Shown piece after piece: positions 28,880 through 37,367 of a stretch of DNA of 64,000 nt; the first letter of the stretch is position 1, and each line of letters starts with the position of its first letter. This stretch comes from a virus (Duplodnaviria > Caudoviricetes): the IMG/VR virus record IMGVR_UViG_3300032287_003123, positions 1,147-65,146 of that record; one strand, given 5' to 3'. The translations under genes and the position numbers were made by a program. Under the pieces are notes generated by a model. The model saw nothing but the letters and a program-made list of their open reading frames with translations. It ran no database searches and was not told where the DNA came from.

Positions 28880-29050
28880 TTACTTAGATGTTTTTACCAT
28901 TGCAAAGCGGTGTGCGCCGTTTGCTAACTGTAATGAAACTCTAGTTAGTTTAGCGTTGATAGGAGTAAAGTTGCTAATGCGACCTGTAATTCCTGTCTTG
29001 CTTGTTGTGAATAGATCACCGATTTGGTAAGTGTATCCGCCTAGTGTCAT
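28880..29050 (-). CDS. small SH3/KOW-like beta protein (not in track)
   Basis: MTLGGYTYQIGDLFTTSKTGITGRI...; RBS GAAAGG; paralog of 29700-29861. Confidence 0.65.
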   Translation of the reverse strand: MTLGGYTYQIGDLFTTSKTGITGRISNFTPINAKLTRVSLQLANGAHRFAMVKTSK

Positions 29051-29088
29051 TTTGGGTCTTGCCTTTCTGTTGTGGTGGTTAAAGTTGG

Positions 29089-29118
29089 TGAGCAGTTTTA
29101 GTTGTCATACTCAGGACA
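29089..29118 (-). ncRNA. H-type pseudoknot element
   Basis: TGTC-CTGAGTAT-GACA-ACTAAAAC-TGCTCA. Confidence 0.6.
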
Positions 29119-29133
29119 TTTCCCCGTTGGGAA

Positions 29134-29559
29134 TTATAGGTATCGTGCTACCGCATTGTATGTGGAAGTATTAACTACTTCCTCATCTGTCATCTTGAGG
29201 ATACGAATTGCGTTAGCAATTTCCTCTTTCTGACTTTGGTAGTCGTGTGAGTGTAGAACTACATAGTCTTTTGTTGGCTCTGCTGGCAGTTCCTTTTCTG
29301 ATACTGCTAGGTCAAAGTCAATGTTTAGGTTGTTGTTCCAAGAACGATATGAAGTGCGGAAGTTGGTTGCCTTCTTGATGTTTGCTACCGCATAGTCAAT
29401 AAGTTCCTTCTTATACTTCTCATAAGCCTTCTGATACTTTGCTTCATTGGCTTCTTGTGATGTCCAATCAAGTTCTAGTTTGGCAAGTGCGCCTTCTAGT
29501 GCCTTGATTACTTTAGGTGTAGCGATTTTAACGCTAATTGCTTTTCCTCTTGTTGCCAT
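29134..29559 (-). CDS. hypothetical protein
   Basis: RBS AAGGAG before MATRGK. Confidence 0.65.
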   Translation of the reverse strand: MATRGKAISVKIATPKVIKALEGALAKLELDWTSQEANEAKYQKAYEKYKKELIDYAVANIKKATNFRTSYRSWNNNLNIDFDLAVSEKELPAEPTKDYVVLHSHDYQSQKEEIANAIRILKMTDEEVVNTSTYNAVARYL

Positions 29560-29699
29560 TTTTTTGCTCTCTTTTCTTTGGTGGTTGATATTTATTATAG
29601 GGGGTGGAACTGACATTTCCCCCGAAGGGGGGAGAGTTCTTACTTACGACATTGGGCTAGAACACTCTCCTAAACTGCCCCTGTTTCGCTATGAAAGGC

Positions 29700-29861
29700 T
29701 TATGCCTTCCAAGTAGTCCAGCGTGGTGAGCCATTTACATCTAACTTGACACGAACTGTGTTCTTGTTAGTTGGCACAATTTCTACGATAGTGCCTGTAA
29801 TCTTAGACTTCTGTGAAGTATAAGTGTCGCCTACCTTGTATGTTGCTACGCCTACTGTCAT
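29700..29861 (-). CDS. small SH3/KOW-like beta protein (not in track)
   Basis: MTVGVATYKVGDTYTSQKSKITGTI...; RBS AAGGAG. Confidence 0.65.
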   Translation of the reverse strand: MTVGVATYKVGDTYTSQKSKITGTIVEIVPTNKNTVRVKLDVNGSPRWTTWKA

Positions 29862-30046
29862 TTGTTTCTCCTTTGTTTGGTTGATATATTAAGTCTAGCA
29901 TTTTCTACTGACATTTACAACATTTTTCCCTAAAAATCTCATATATTGAGATATATTGGGGTGTGATTTACATCACCTTCCGCCTGCCACCATCAGAATT
30001 GCCCCTACTATGGCTAAAATGATTATTAGATTATTCATTTATCCCC

Positions 30047-30769
30047 TCACTTTTTGGTTGCGCTAAACACTATATCAGATTTCTCATAAATACACAACTT
30101 GCAGGTGGCGCAGGCTGAGCCTTTCTGAGAGATAAGGGGGATAGCCTTTTTATTTTCAGGGCACTTAGCACCAGGCTTACCTGTTAGTGCCTTCATGTCT
30201 GCTTGCCCTATTAAGAAATTTTTGGCAAGGTATGCAAGGGATACGCCATGATTATTCTTGAGATCAATTCCCGTATCCTTATTCTCACTGTCTGTAGAAT
30301 AGTATAAAGATAGATTAGGAATGTCTTTAAGAATGAGCGCTGCAGATTTAACTCTTGTGTATACCCAGAATTGAATATCAGGATACTTATCCATAACTAC
30401 CTTCCACGCATATGCGTAGGTATCGTTAAAGAAATCGCCGTCCCAGTGGATACGAAATAACTTAGGTGCATTGCGCTTATCACAATCTGCATTAAATTCA
30501 TGAATCATTTCATTAAGTAGACGGACCATTGTTTCTCCGTCTGCGTCTTTAAGTAGTTCCCAGTTATGAAGTAGGTTAACCTTTACTGTTGGGAATACCT
30601 TTTCCAACTTGCCTGCGTAGCAAATAGTTTCGCAGATAGACGTTGCACCAGGACATGAAAAGTTTTTTCCTGCGGGTAATCCGAATGTGTTTGCGATACT
30701 TGCTTGTTTTCCATTTGGGGTGACGGCATTGGCGACTTTCCTATCTTTGCTTCTAAGTAATTTGGACAT
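30047..30769 (-). CDS. Gene product 88 (GP88)-like Fe-S/radical-SAM-related protein
   Basis: FGLPAG..SCPGA...C...CYA, FRIHWDGDF, FWVYTR, CP...C..C..C. Confidence 0.75.
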   Translation of the reverse strand: MSKLLRSKDRKVANAVTPNGKQASIANTFGLPAGKNFSCPGATSICETICYAGKLEKVFPTVKVNLLHNWELLKDADGETMVRLLNEMIHEFNADCDKRNAPKLFRIHWDGDFFNDTYAYAWKVVMDKYPDIQFWVYTRVKSAALILKDIPNLSLYYSTDSENKDTGIDLKNNHGVSLAYLAKNFLIGQADMKALTGKPGAKCPENKKAIPLISQKGSACATCKLCIYEKSDIVFSATKK

Positions 30770-30775
30770 GGTGGA

Positions 30776-30922
30776 TTACTCACTTTCTTTTTCTCTTTCT
30801 AATCTTAACATTAGGGACTGACATTTCTTTCGGTTGTATTTCTTTTTATTTGGGATCGCTGAGGCAGCATTAGAACGACGAAGTTCCATAAGTCTACGTA
30901 ATTCCTCAGATGTTTTTTTCAT
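30776..30922 (-). CDS. small basic protein (not in track)
   Basis: MKKTSEELRRLMELRRSNAASAIPNKKKYNRK. Confidence 0.55.
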   Translation of the reverse strand: MKKTSEELRRLMELRRSNAASAIPNKKKYNRKKCQSLMLRLEREKESE

Positions 30923-31003
30923 ACTTAATACTATCAGATTTAGGGGAAAAATACAAGTCTACGTAAAACGGACATTGCGGACAAAAGGGGCGGGTCGAAA
31001 ATT

Positions 31004-31264
31004 TTATTCGTCTAAATCTACATACACATATAAATCAACATATGCATCGTGTGCAAGTATTAGCGTATCACGTTCACCATATGTATCAGTGTATTCAATA
31101 AAATAATTATCGCCAGTTGAATCAGAATTAATTTCAATAACTTCAAGTAATTCTTCATCAACCTTTATTAGATCATCAACCATCAATGACCCTGGCGTTA
31201 ATTTATCTGCCCAGACTAGTTCCATGTTGTTTATTGTAGCAGTCATTTTAGTACCCCTCATCAT
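31004..31264 (-). CDS. hypothetical protein
   Basis: ORF track. Confidence 0.55.
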   Translation of the reverse strand: MMRGTKMTATINNMELVWADKLTPGSLMVDDLIKVDEELLEVIEINSDSTGDNYFIEYTDTYGERDTLILAHDAYVDLYVYVDLDE

Positions 31265-31586
31265 ATTCTAGTGAGAGTGGGAAGTCATCTGAGTCATCTT
31301 GCCAGTCATCTACTGGGTCAATGAAAGTGTGAAGGTGGTGCTGGTCTACAATAGCGTGTGCAGGTGCTTGCGTTGAGCCACGATATAGAATCTGAAAGTC
31401 ACCAACCTTTGGCATATCAATCATGCGGTCATAGTCCTCATCATAGTATGCGTCAATAGCCTCAATGCATGGTGCCACCATTTCTGCGGGTACTGGAGGA
31501 TAGTGATTACCCTTCAAGTGATATAGAATCTGAGTCTCCAAGTCCAAGACTGTATCTTTAATTCCTAGTGCTGTTACGCTTCCCAT
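31248..31586 (-). CDS. hypothetical protein
   Basis: HLKGNHYPPVP; AIVDQHHL. Confidence 0.6.
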   Translation of the reverse strand: MGSVTALGIKDTVLDLETQILYHLKGNHYPPVPAEMVAPCIEAIDAYYDEDYDRMIDMPKVGDFQILYRGSTQAPAHAIVDQHHLHTFIDPVDDWQDDSDDFPLSLEYDEGY

Positions 31587-31728
31587 TATTATTTCTCCTC
31601 AATTTCTGCGACATATACATCGCCTCTTTCAATGTTTCCATATTTTAATTTAAAATCAAAATTTTCAATTGCTTCATCATAGTTATCTGCTTCAACATTT
31701 ATGAAAGTAGTAAATTCATATACTGGCA

Positions 31729-31947
31729 TTATGCTCTTACCTGAACCCTTCCATCACGATAGAATACCTTAGTGTAACACTTACCTGTTGGTGTGTAGAT
31801 ATTGACTGTTGAGTATTCGTTAGCCAATCCCCAATCGGTAAAACGGAAAAAACTTTCCCATGCACCGAATTCATTTTCATAGCGTTGTGACCAATGAGGT
31901 GATTCCTCATAGTCATACTGGCAAGTTACTAGGTATTCATATTCCAT
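31729..31947 (-). CDS. hypothetical protein
   Basis: ORF track. Confidence 0.55.
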   Translation of the reverse strand: MEYEYLVTCQYDYEESPHWSQRYENEFGAWESFFRFTDWGLANEYSTVNIYTPTGKCYTKVFYRDGRVQVRA

Positions 31948-32366
31948 TAGTTATAGGTTCCTTTACATTCTGAGCAGAGATAATTAATTTTGCAGTAGCA
32001 ACCTACGGCAGTAGGCATATCAGTTTCATAGTAGTCATCATAGTAGGTCATTAGTTAGCCTCTTTCGTTAAGAATAGTTGGTCAATATAAGCATATTCTA
32101 TCATCGCTTCTACCTCTCGGTCAAGGTAGCAACGGAAGCAATAGAGTTCAGTTACATCTACTGCATTTTCATTACACTGCAAGCATACATCGGTCATGGG
32201 AGCCTTCTTTCTTTAATTAACTTGATATAAATATCTTATCAGGTTGGGGTGACATTTGCAATTCCGTAATCGGGCAATTTGGACAAGGTTCCCGTGATTA
32301 ATATCACATCGTACGTAACTTGTGGATAACCTGTGGACGACACGCCCGACTGCGGGTCGAAAATTT

Positions 32367-32395
32367 TGAGCAGTTTTAGATCTTGCTCAGGATTT
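32367..32395 (-). ncRNA. H-type pseudoknot element
   Basis: AAATC-CTGAGCAA-GATCT-AAAAC-TGCTCA right after a stop codon. Confidence 0.6.
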
Positions 32396-32890
32396 TTATT
32401 TATTTCTTTAGTCGTTCACTTCTCAATGCAATTTGCAATCTGCGAATTTCTTTTTGTTGTGCAATATTTTGTTTCCAAAACACACCCATTACAAAAAGAG
32501 AACTGAAAAGTGCAATTGTTATTCCGATTAGTGTTCCAGTGTCTAGAATCATTTTATACTCCCTTTTCACATGCCTCAATAAACTTATCACGTTTGAAGT
32601 TTGGATTGTCTTCTTCAAACATAATTGCGAAATCATTTACCAAATCTTCCCACCAAAAGTTATCTATCATGGCTTGATGATAACCTGCAAGAATATCGGC
32701 GACCTTTACATAGTCTTTACGTGTCATCATTATAGTGCCACCAATTTTTCTACATAGTTTGAGATTTGATTATATGCGTTAGCGCATTTGTAGCAATAAG
32801 TTTCGGTAGGAATACCACCAAGCATAAAGGCATCAGTTCCCGAATAAACTAATTCGGTAGATTCGCAATTTATTACTTTACATTGAGTCA

Positions 32891-33148
32891 TTATTCAGCC
32901 ACCTTTAGAATTGCATATGAACCGCCTGCGTTAATTTCGTCAATAGCAGGCTGAATCATTGGCGCAAGTAATTCCTTTAGCATTCCTTCAAGTAATTCTT
33001 TACGCATATTTTCTTCAAGTGCAATAAGTTGCATTCCGACTGGATGAGTTTCGTCTACTTCTGTGACGAATTTTAGAGAGTGTTCAATTTTTACCATTAG
33101 AGAGAGGCCTTTCCTCGTAGTGTGCCAGTAATTCCAAGAGTATCGCAA
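32891..33148 (-). CDS. hypothetical protein (start probably MVKIE)
   Basis: ORF track. Confidence 0.5.
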   Translation of the reverse strand: MRYSWNYWHTTRKGLSLMVKIEHSLKFVTEVDETHPVGMQLIALEENMRKELLEGMLKELLAPMIQPAIDEINAGGSYAILKVAE

Positions 33149-33279
33149 GCGATTTTTACGGATACGCCAACGGGTAATTGTGTTGGGTAAGTGTTGATAA
33201 ATTGTGCAACCGCCCCCTTAGAAGGCAGGCTGATTGTTTTTACTGAACCATTAAAGGTTTCTAGTTTTACATTGTACAT
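33097..33279 (-). CDS. small hypothetical protein, paralog of 35334-35507
   Basis: shared V...T..G....I.L..K..V..F...VKI.CD..G..G.L.G pattern. Confidence 0.6.
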   Translation of the reverse strand: MYNVKLETFNGSVKTISLPSKGAVAQFINTYPTQLPVGVSVKIACDTLGITGTLRGKASL

Positions 33280-33280
33280 A

Positions 33281-33496
33281 TTAGTTTTCCTTTCTTACTG
33301 CAATTGTACGGAAAGTCTTGCGACCCCAAGTATTGCTACCGCTATATGGTGCAATTTCTACAAGATAAGTTTCGCAACCATCATACCAAATTGGCTGAGG
33401 GTGCAATTCTGCACTTATGATTTCTCCACGCATTGTTTTGGAGATATATTCTTTCCCAATTAGTAGGGATTGGACTGAGTATACATTGGCTGGCAT
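33281..33496 (-). CDS. hypothetical protein
   Basis: RBS GAAGGTGG; downstream of promoter 33530. Confidence 0.6.
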   Translation of the reverse strand: MPANVYSVQSLLIGKEYISKTMRGEIISAELHPQPIWYDGCETYLVEIAPYSGSNTWGRKTFRTIAVRKEN

Positions 33497-34842
33497 ATTG
33501 CCACCTTCTTTCTTTTTCTTTATATTCTAAGTGTACCAAATTAGTCTGACATTATCAAATCCAAATTCGGACATTTAGGACATATTCTTTGTGATTTTCA
33601 TCACACGGACTTATTTACTTATTTAATTGTATAGATAGAATCTTAACACATAAAAGCCAAAAAGTCAACACGACACGCCGTAAACTAGGGGGTGATTTAT
33701 ATCACACGTAAACCCAAACTTGAGGGTGCGACACGCCCGACTGCGGGTCGAAAAAATCTAGTTGAAAGTTAAATCATTTTTTATGATCACTCTTTTAAGT
33801 GCAACCAAATTGAATAAATAAATAAGCCCAAGAAAAAAAAGAATGCAGCGTTTCCGTTTAAATAAAATTCTTTCATTTTTCTAGCACCTCAATCAGTTCA
33901 TCTGAAAATGCAATTGCAGTTTCATTTTGTTGTTCAGGCGTGAGCGTTGCCCACAAATAACCAAGCAAATAAGATTTTCCGCTATCTTCATTTCCATTAC
34001 GAATTGCGATAGCCATTTTTTTTACTTCTTGAAGTAATTGCATATCAGTTACCATTTATTAACCCCAGCATTCTTGGCATGTAGCCATTAGGTATTGAGA
34101 ATCTTCAAGAGCAACCTCAACGGCTGGCTCTTCGCAAATTTGACAAGATAAAGTTATCATTTCTTTTTTCATTAGTGTTGCTCCTCGCAATTTTCATAGG
34201 GATTAAATTCGCAGAATTGGCAACCCATCTGCTCAAAGTGTTCATCGCAAAAATAGCGGTATTGCAATTCTTCACAACAAATAAATTGGTCGTGATTTGT
34301 TAAGTAAGGGCTACCGAATCCGATAGGTGAAAGAACAAGTGTAGGGGTACTCATTATTTAGATACCTTCCAATCAGTCCACATTGGTAGACGCTCAGGGT
34401 CGGTATCGTTATACCAACGCTCAATATTTTGTTCACATTCCATGCAGAATGTAAATTGGTCATCATTTACTGATGAGATAGCAGGAACGAATGGAATATG
34501 TGTTTTACACATTGTGTTTAATGAAGTCATTTGGACTTCCTTTCTTTAGGGGGTTTACTTCTTTTTCAACCTTCTATACATAGAAGTATAGCAGGGGGGT
34601 CTGACATCTACTAGCCAGTAATCATACCAAAACGGACATTTTGAAATGTGATGTAGGTCATGTGGATAACTTGAGCGTGAAATGGGGGTGTGATCTACGT
34701 CATGTGGATAACTTTTTTTCGACATTTTTTTTCGACCTCATGTGGTGCAAATCACACTGAAAATGTCCGATTTGTCCGTGTCTAAACTTGACTTTTTGGG
34801 AAATGTATGCTAGTATTACTACTATAAAATTAAATAAAAAAT

Positions 34843-34941
34843 CCTAGTGAGCCTCTGAGCCTAGCAAATAACCCCGAAAGGGTGAGCCTAGCAAATAAGA
34901 GCAAATAACCTAGGTCAGCAAAAAGGTTAGAAAGTCTAACC
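34843..34941 (+). ncRNA. candidate structured leader RNA with repeated TGAGC / GCAAATAA modules
   Basis: closing stem CCTAG/CTAGG; three TGAGC and three GCAAATAA; follows promoter TTGACT-17-TAGTAT (34788-34816). Confidence 0.5.
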
Positions 34942-34964
34942 GAAAAAAAGAAAGGTGGTCTCAA

Positions 34965-35192
34965 ATGACTACATTAAATAACTACTATAACGAAATTCGT
35001 TCTGATATTGCCAAAGAGTTTGGCTTAGAGGCAGGTGGCTTCGCCCCTCGCCCTACTATGATACCTATTCGTGTTGCTCAACGCATTAACGATAAGTATC
35101 CACCTACCTATGAGGGTAGAAAGGTTATCCTCAACCCTATGGCTAAGCGTATTGCTAAGCGATATATGTCCATAGTTATGGGGGTTAAATAA
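34965..35192 (+). CDS. hypothetical protein, first gene of divergent early operon
   Basis: RBS GAAAGGTGG. Confidence 0.65.
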   Translation: MTTLNNYYNEIRSDIAKEFGLEAGGFAPRPTMIPIRVAQRINDKYPPTYEGRKVILNPMAKRIAKRYMSIVMGVK

Positions 35193-35333
35193 ATGATAAA
35201 AGATATCATGGTTATCCCTTGCGATGAGTGCAAGGGTGCAGGATTTATCTACTTCGGTGATGGTGATACCTACGATGTAGAGTCTTGCGATTGTGTAGAT
35301 AACGACGAATTAACTTTAGATTGGAATGAATAA
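35193..35333 (+). CDS. small Cys-rich protein (not in track)
   Basis: PCDECKGAG...SCDC. Confidence 0.55.
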   Translation: MIKDIMVIPCDECKGAGFIYFGDGDTYDVESCDCVDNDELTLDWNE

Positions 35334-35507
35334 ATGAAAGTAACAATAACAACAATGTCTGGAAATACTAGAGATATAAATCTCATGACTAAGCAAGAGG
35401 TCTATGACTTCATGCATCTATTCAAGACTACGCTAAATAAAAATCAGCGAGTAAAGATTACTTGCGATCTAATTGGCGTGGATGGATATTTACAAGGCAC
35501 ACACTAG
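35334..35507 (+). CDS. small hypothetical protein, paralog of 33097-33279 (not in track)
   Basis: MKVTITTMSGNTRDINL...VKITCDLIGVDGYLQG. Confidence 0.6.
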   Translation: MKVTITTMSGNTRDINLMTKQEVYDFMHLFKTTLNKNQRVKITCDLIGVDGYLQGTH

Positions 35508-35919
35508 CGTGTGTTATTTTGCTGGTAGTACTATCTAGAATATTGCTGGTAGTACTGCCTAACAAAATGTAGGCACTAGTGATCCCTTGTGTGCTCACTA
35601 TTTTTTTCAATTTATTTTTCTCAAACACGTATCGTACATCTGATAAAAATATTCAGATTTTGGTAAAATGAAAATTTTTTCAGATTTTCGGGGAATAGGG
35701 TATAATGTATCTATGGGAATATTAGATAACTTTGAAAATGCCTGGGATCCAGAATTACAATTTGAGTCAAACCCTATTCCTAAGACAGACTCTATGGGTA
35801 GAGATACATCTTTGGTAGAAAATGATGGTTTGGCACTAAAAATGTTTGAAGATGCATGCTGCGAAAGTTGTTCTTGTAAAAACTAACAGCATTTGATATA
35901 CTTAAAATTAGGGGGAAAC

Positions 35920-36624
35920 ATGAAAATAATGTTTAGAGCAGAATCCAAGATAGACTTTGAGGTTTGTCCTAGACCTGTACCTACATCACAATATCTCCCT
36001 GAATGGTGGAGAAAAGCCACACCCTATGAACCATCTAAGAATGATCCTGAAGGAAAGAAGATGAAGATTAGGGGTCGTGAGACTACTGCGATGATGAAGA
36101 AATGTACTCCAATGCTAGATCTTCTGACCGCTGGCTATATTGTTCCGCTATGGTCGGATGTATTGGTGGAGCAGGACGAACATAATCTAAATATAAGTTG
36201 GAGAGTTCAAAAGAACGTATTTGATACACATAATCCATCCGATATAGCGATTCCAGACGGATACAAGCATCAGGCTAAGTATATGAACTATTGGCTTACT
36301 AAGTTGCCAAAGGGATACTCTATGCTCGTAATACCACCCATAGGCTATCCTAATAATCCATTTAGGGTTATGCCAGCCATTATTGATTATGATACTTATC
36401 CGATCTCTTTAACTCCCCCCTGCTTTATAAAAGAAGGTTTTAACGGAGTTGTTGAACGTGGAACTCCAATGATGCAATTAATTCCATTCAAAAGAGATAA
36501 TTGGGAATCCGAATATAGTTATATGGAACCTGACGAACTTGTTGTTGCTTGGAATCGTGACCTTAAGAACACATTGGTAAATAACTATATAAAGAATTTT
36601 TGGCAAAAAAAGAGTTTTAAGTGA
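35920..36624 (+). CDS. dUTPase-fold-like paralog 3
   Basis: PEWWR, MKKCTPMLD..GY, LPKGYS, IIDYD, GTPMMQLIPFKR. Confidence 0.6.
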   Translation: MKIMFRAESKIDFEVCPRPVPTSQYLPEWWRKATPYEPSKNDPEGKKMKIRGRETTAMMKKCTPMLDLLTAGYIVPLWSDVLVEQDEHNLNISWRVQKNVFDTHNPSDIAIPDGYKHQAKYMNYWLTKLPKGYSMLVIPPIGYPNNPFRVMPAIIDYDTYPISLTPPCFIKEGFNGVVERGTPMMQLIPFKRDNWESEYSYMEPDELVVAWNRDLKNTLVNNYIKNFWQKKSFK

Positions 36625-37367
36625 TTAACCAAGGAAAAGACGTACCAGAAAAAACAATTGTCTATTTTCCTCACATTGAGCCAAAACCGATTAGCGACGA
36701 AAGAGTAAACTCAATTCTTCAAAAAAATACAAAGAAGAGAGAATGGTTTACTCCACACTTCTATAGGTGTTTGCCATTAACCATAGGAAACCAATACGGA
36801 TTCTCAGTGGTTTCTGAGTATGACTTTGAGTTTGTATGGGATGGCGGACACAACAAAGAATCCTTGAGTATTTTTATGGGAGAAGAGTTTCAAAAAGAAC
36901 AATTACATCCTTCTGTTTACTCACATTTTGGACAAGGAATAATTACGGTCAATCTTCCATTTTCTTTGAGAACACCGCCAGGGGTTAACCTCATGACCAT
37001 TAATCCACCTAACTACGTAATTCCAAATATTACAGTGATGACTGGAGTTGTTGAGTGTGATAATCTACGAAGAGACTTTACATTTAACCTTAAGGTTCAG
37101 ATTCCTGGAATACGTGTTCAAGTAACCAAAGGTACCCCTATTGCTGCTTTTATTCCTATTCCAAGATATTTTGCAGATCAGTTTGAACTAAAGAATGCAG
37201 AAGATGTGTTTGACGAAGAAACCATAAACGAAGAAATAAATGCAACCAATGATGCAAACATACACAGGTCAACGGTTGAATTAGAACTTCCTAATCAGGT
37301 TGGAAGATTTTACTTTAAAGGAACAGATGTTTATGGAAACGAATTTCCAGATCACCAAAAGCCTTAA
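36621..37367 (+). CDS. DUF6065-like / dUTPase-fold-like paralog 4
   Basis: FYRCLPL..GNQYG, RTPPGVNL...PPN, GVVECD, FTFN, KGTPIA. Confidence 0.6.
   Translation: MINQGKDVPEKTIVYFPHIEPKPISDERVNSILQKNTKKREWFTPHFYRCLPLTIGNQYGFSVVSEYDFEFVWDGGHNKESLSIFMGEEFQKEQLHPSVYSHFGQGIITVNLPFSLRTPPGVNLMTINPPNYVIPNITVMTGVVECDNLRRDFTFNLKVQIPGIRVQVTKGTPIAAFIPIPRYFADQFELKNAEDVFDEETINEEINATNDANIHRSTVELELPNQVGRFYFKGTDVYGNEFPDHQKP

Noticed and set aside
26617-32395. Pseudoknot elements as pistol, hammerhead, twister or HDV/theta ribozymes
   Set aside because: They resemble only the P1 + AUAAA part of pistol; no P2/P3, no CUGANGA-GAAA core, no HDV nested double pseudoknot visible
27813-33754. CGGGTCGAAAA as a LexA SOS box
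   Set aside because: Actinobacterial SOS box is the palindrome TCGAAC-N4-GTTCGA; the second half-site is absent
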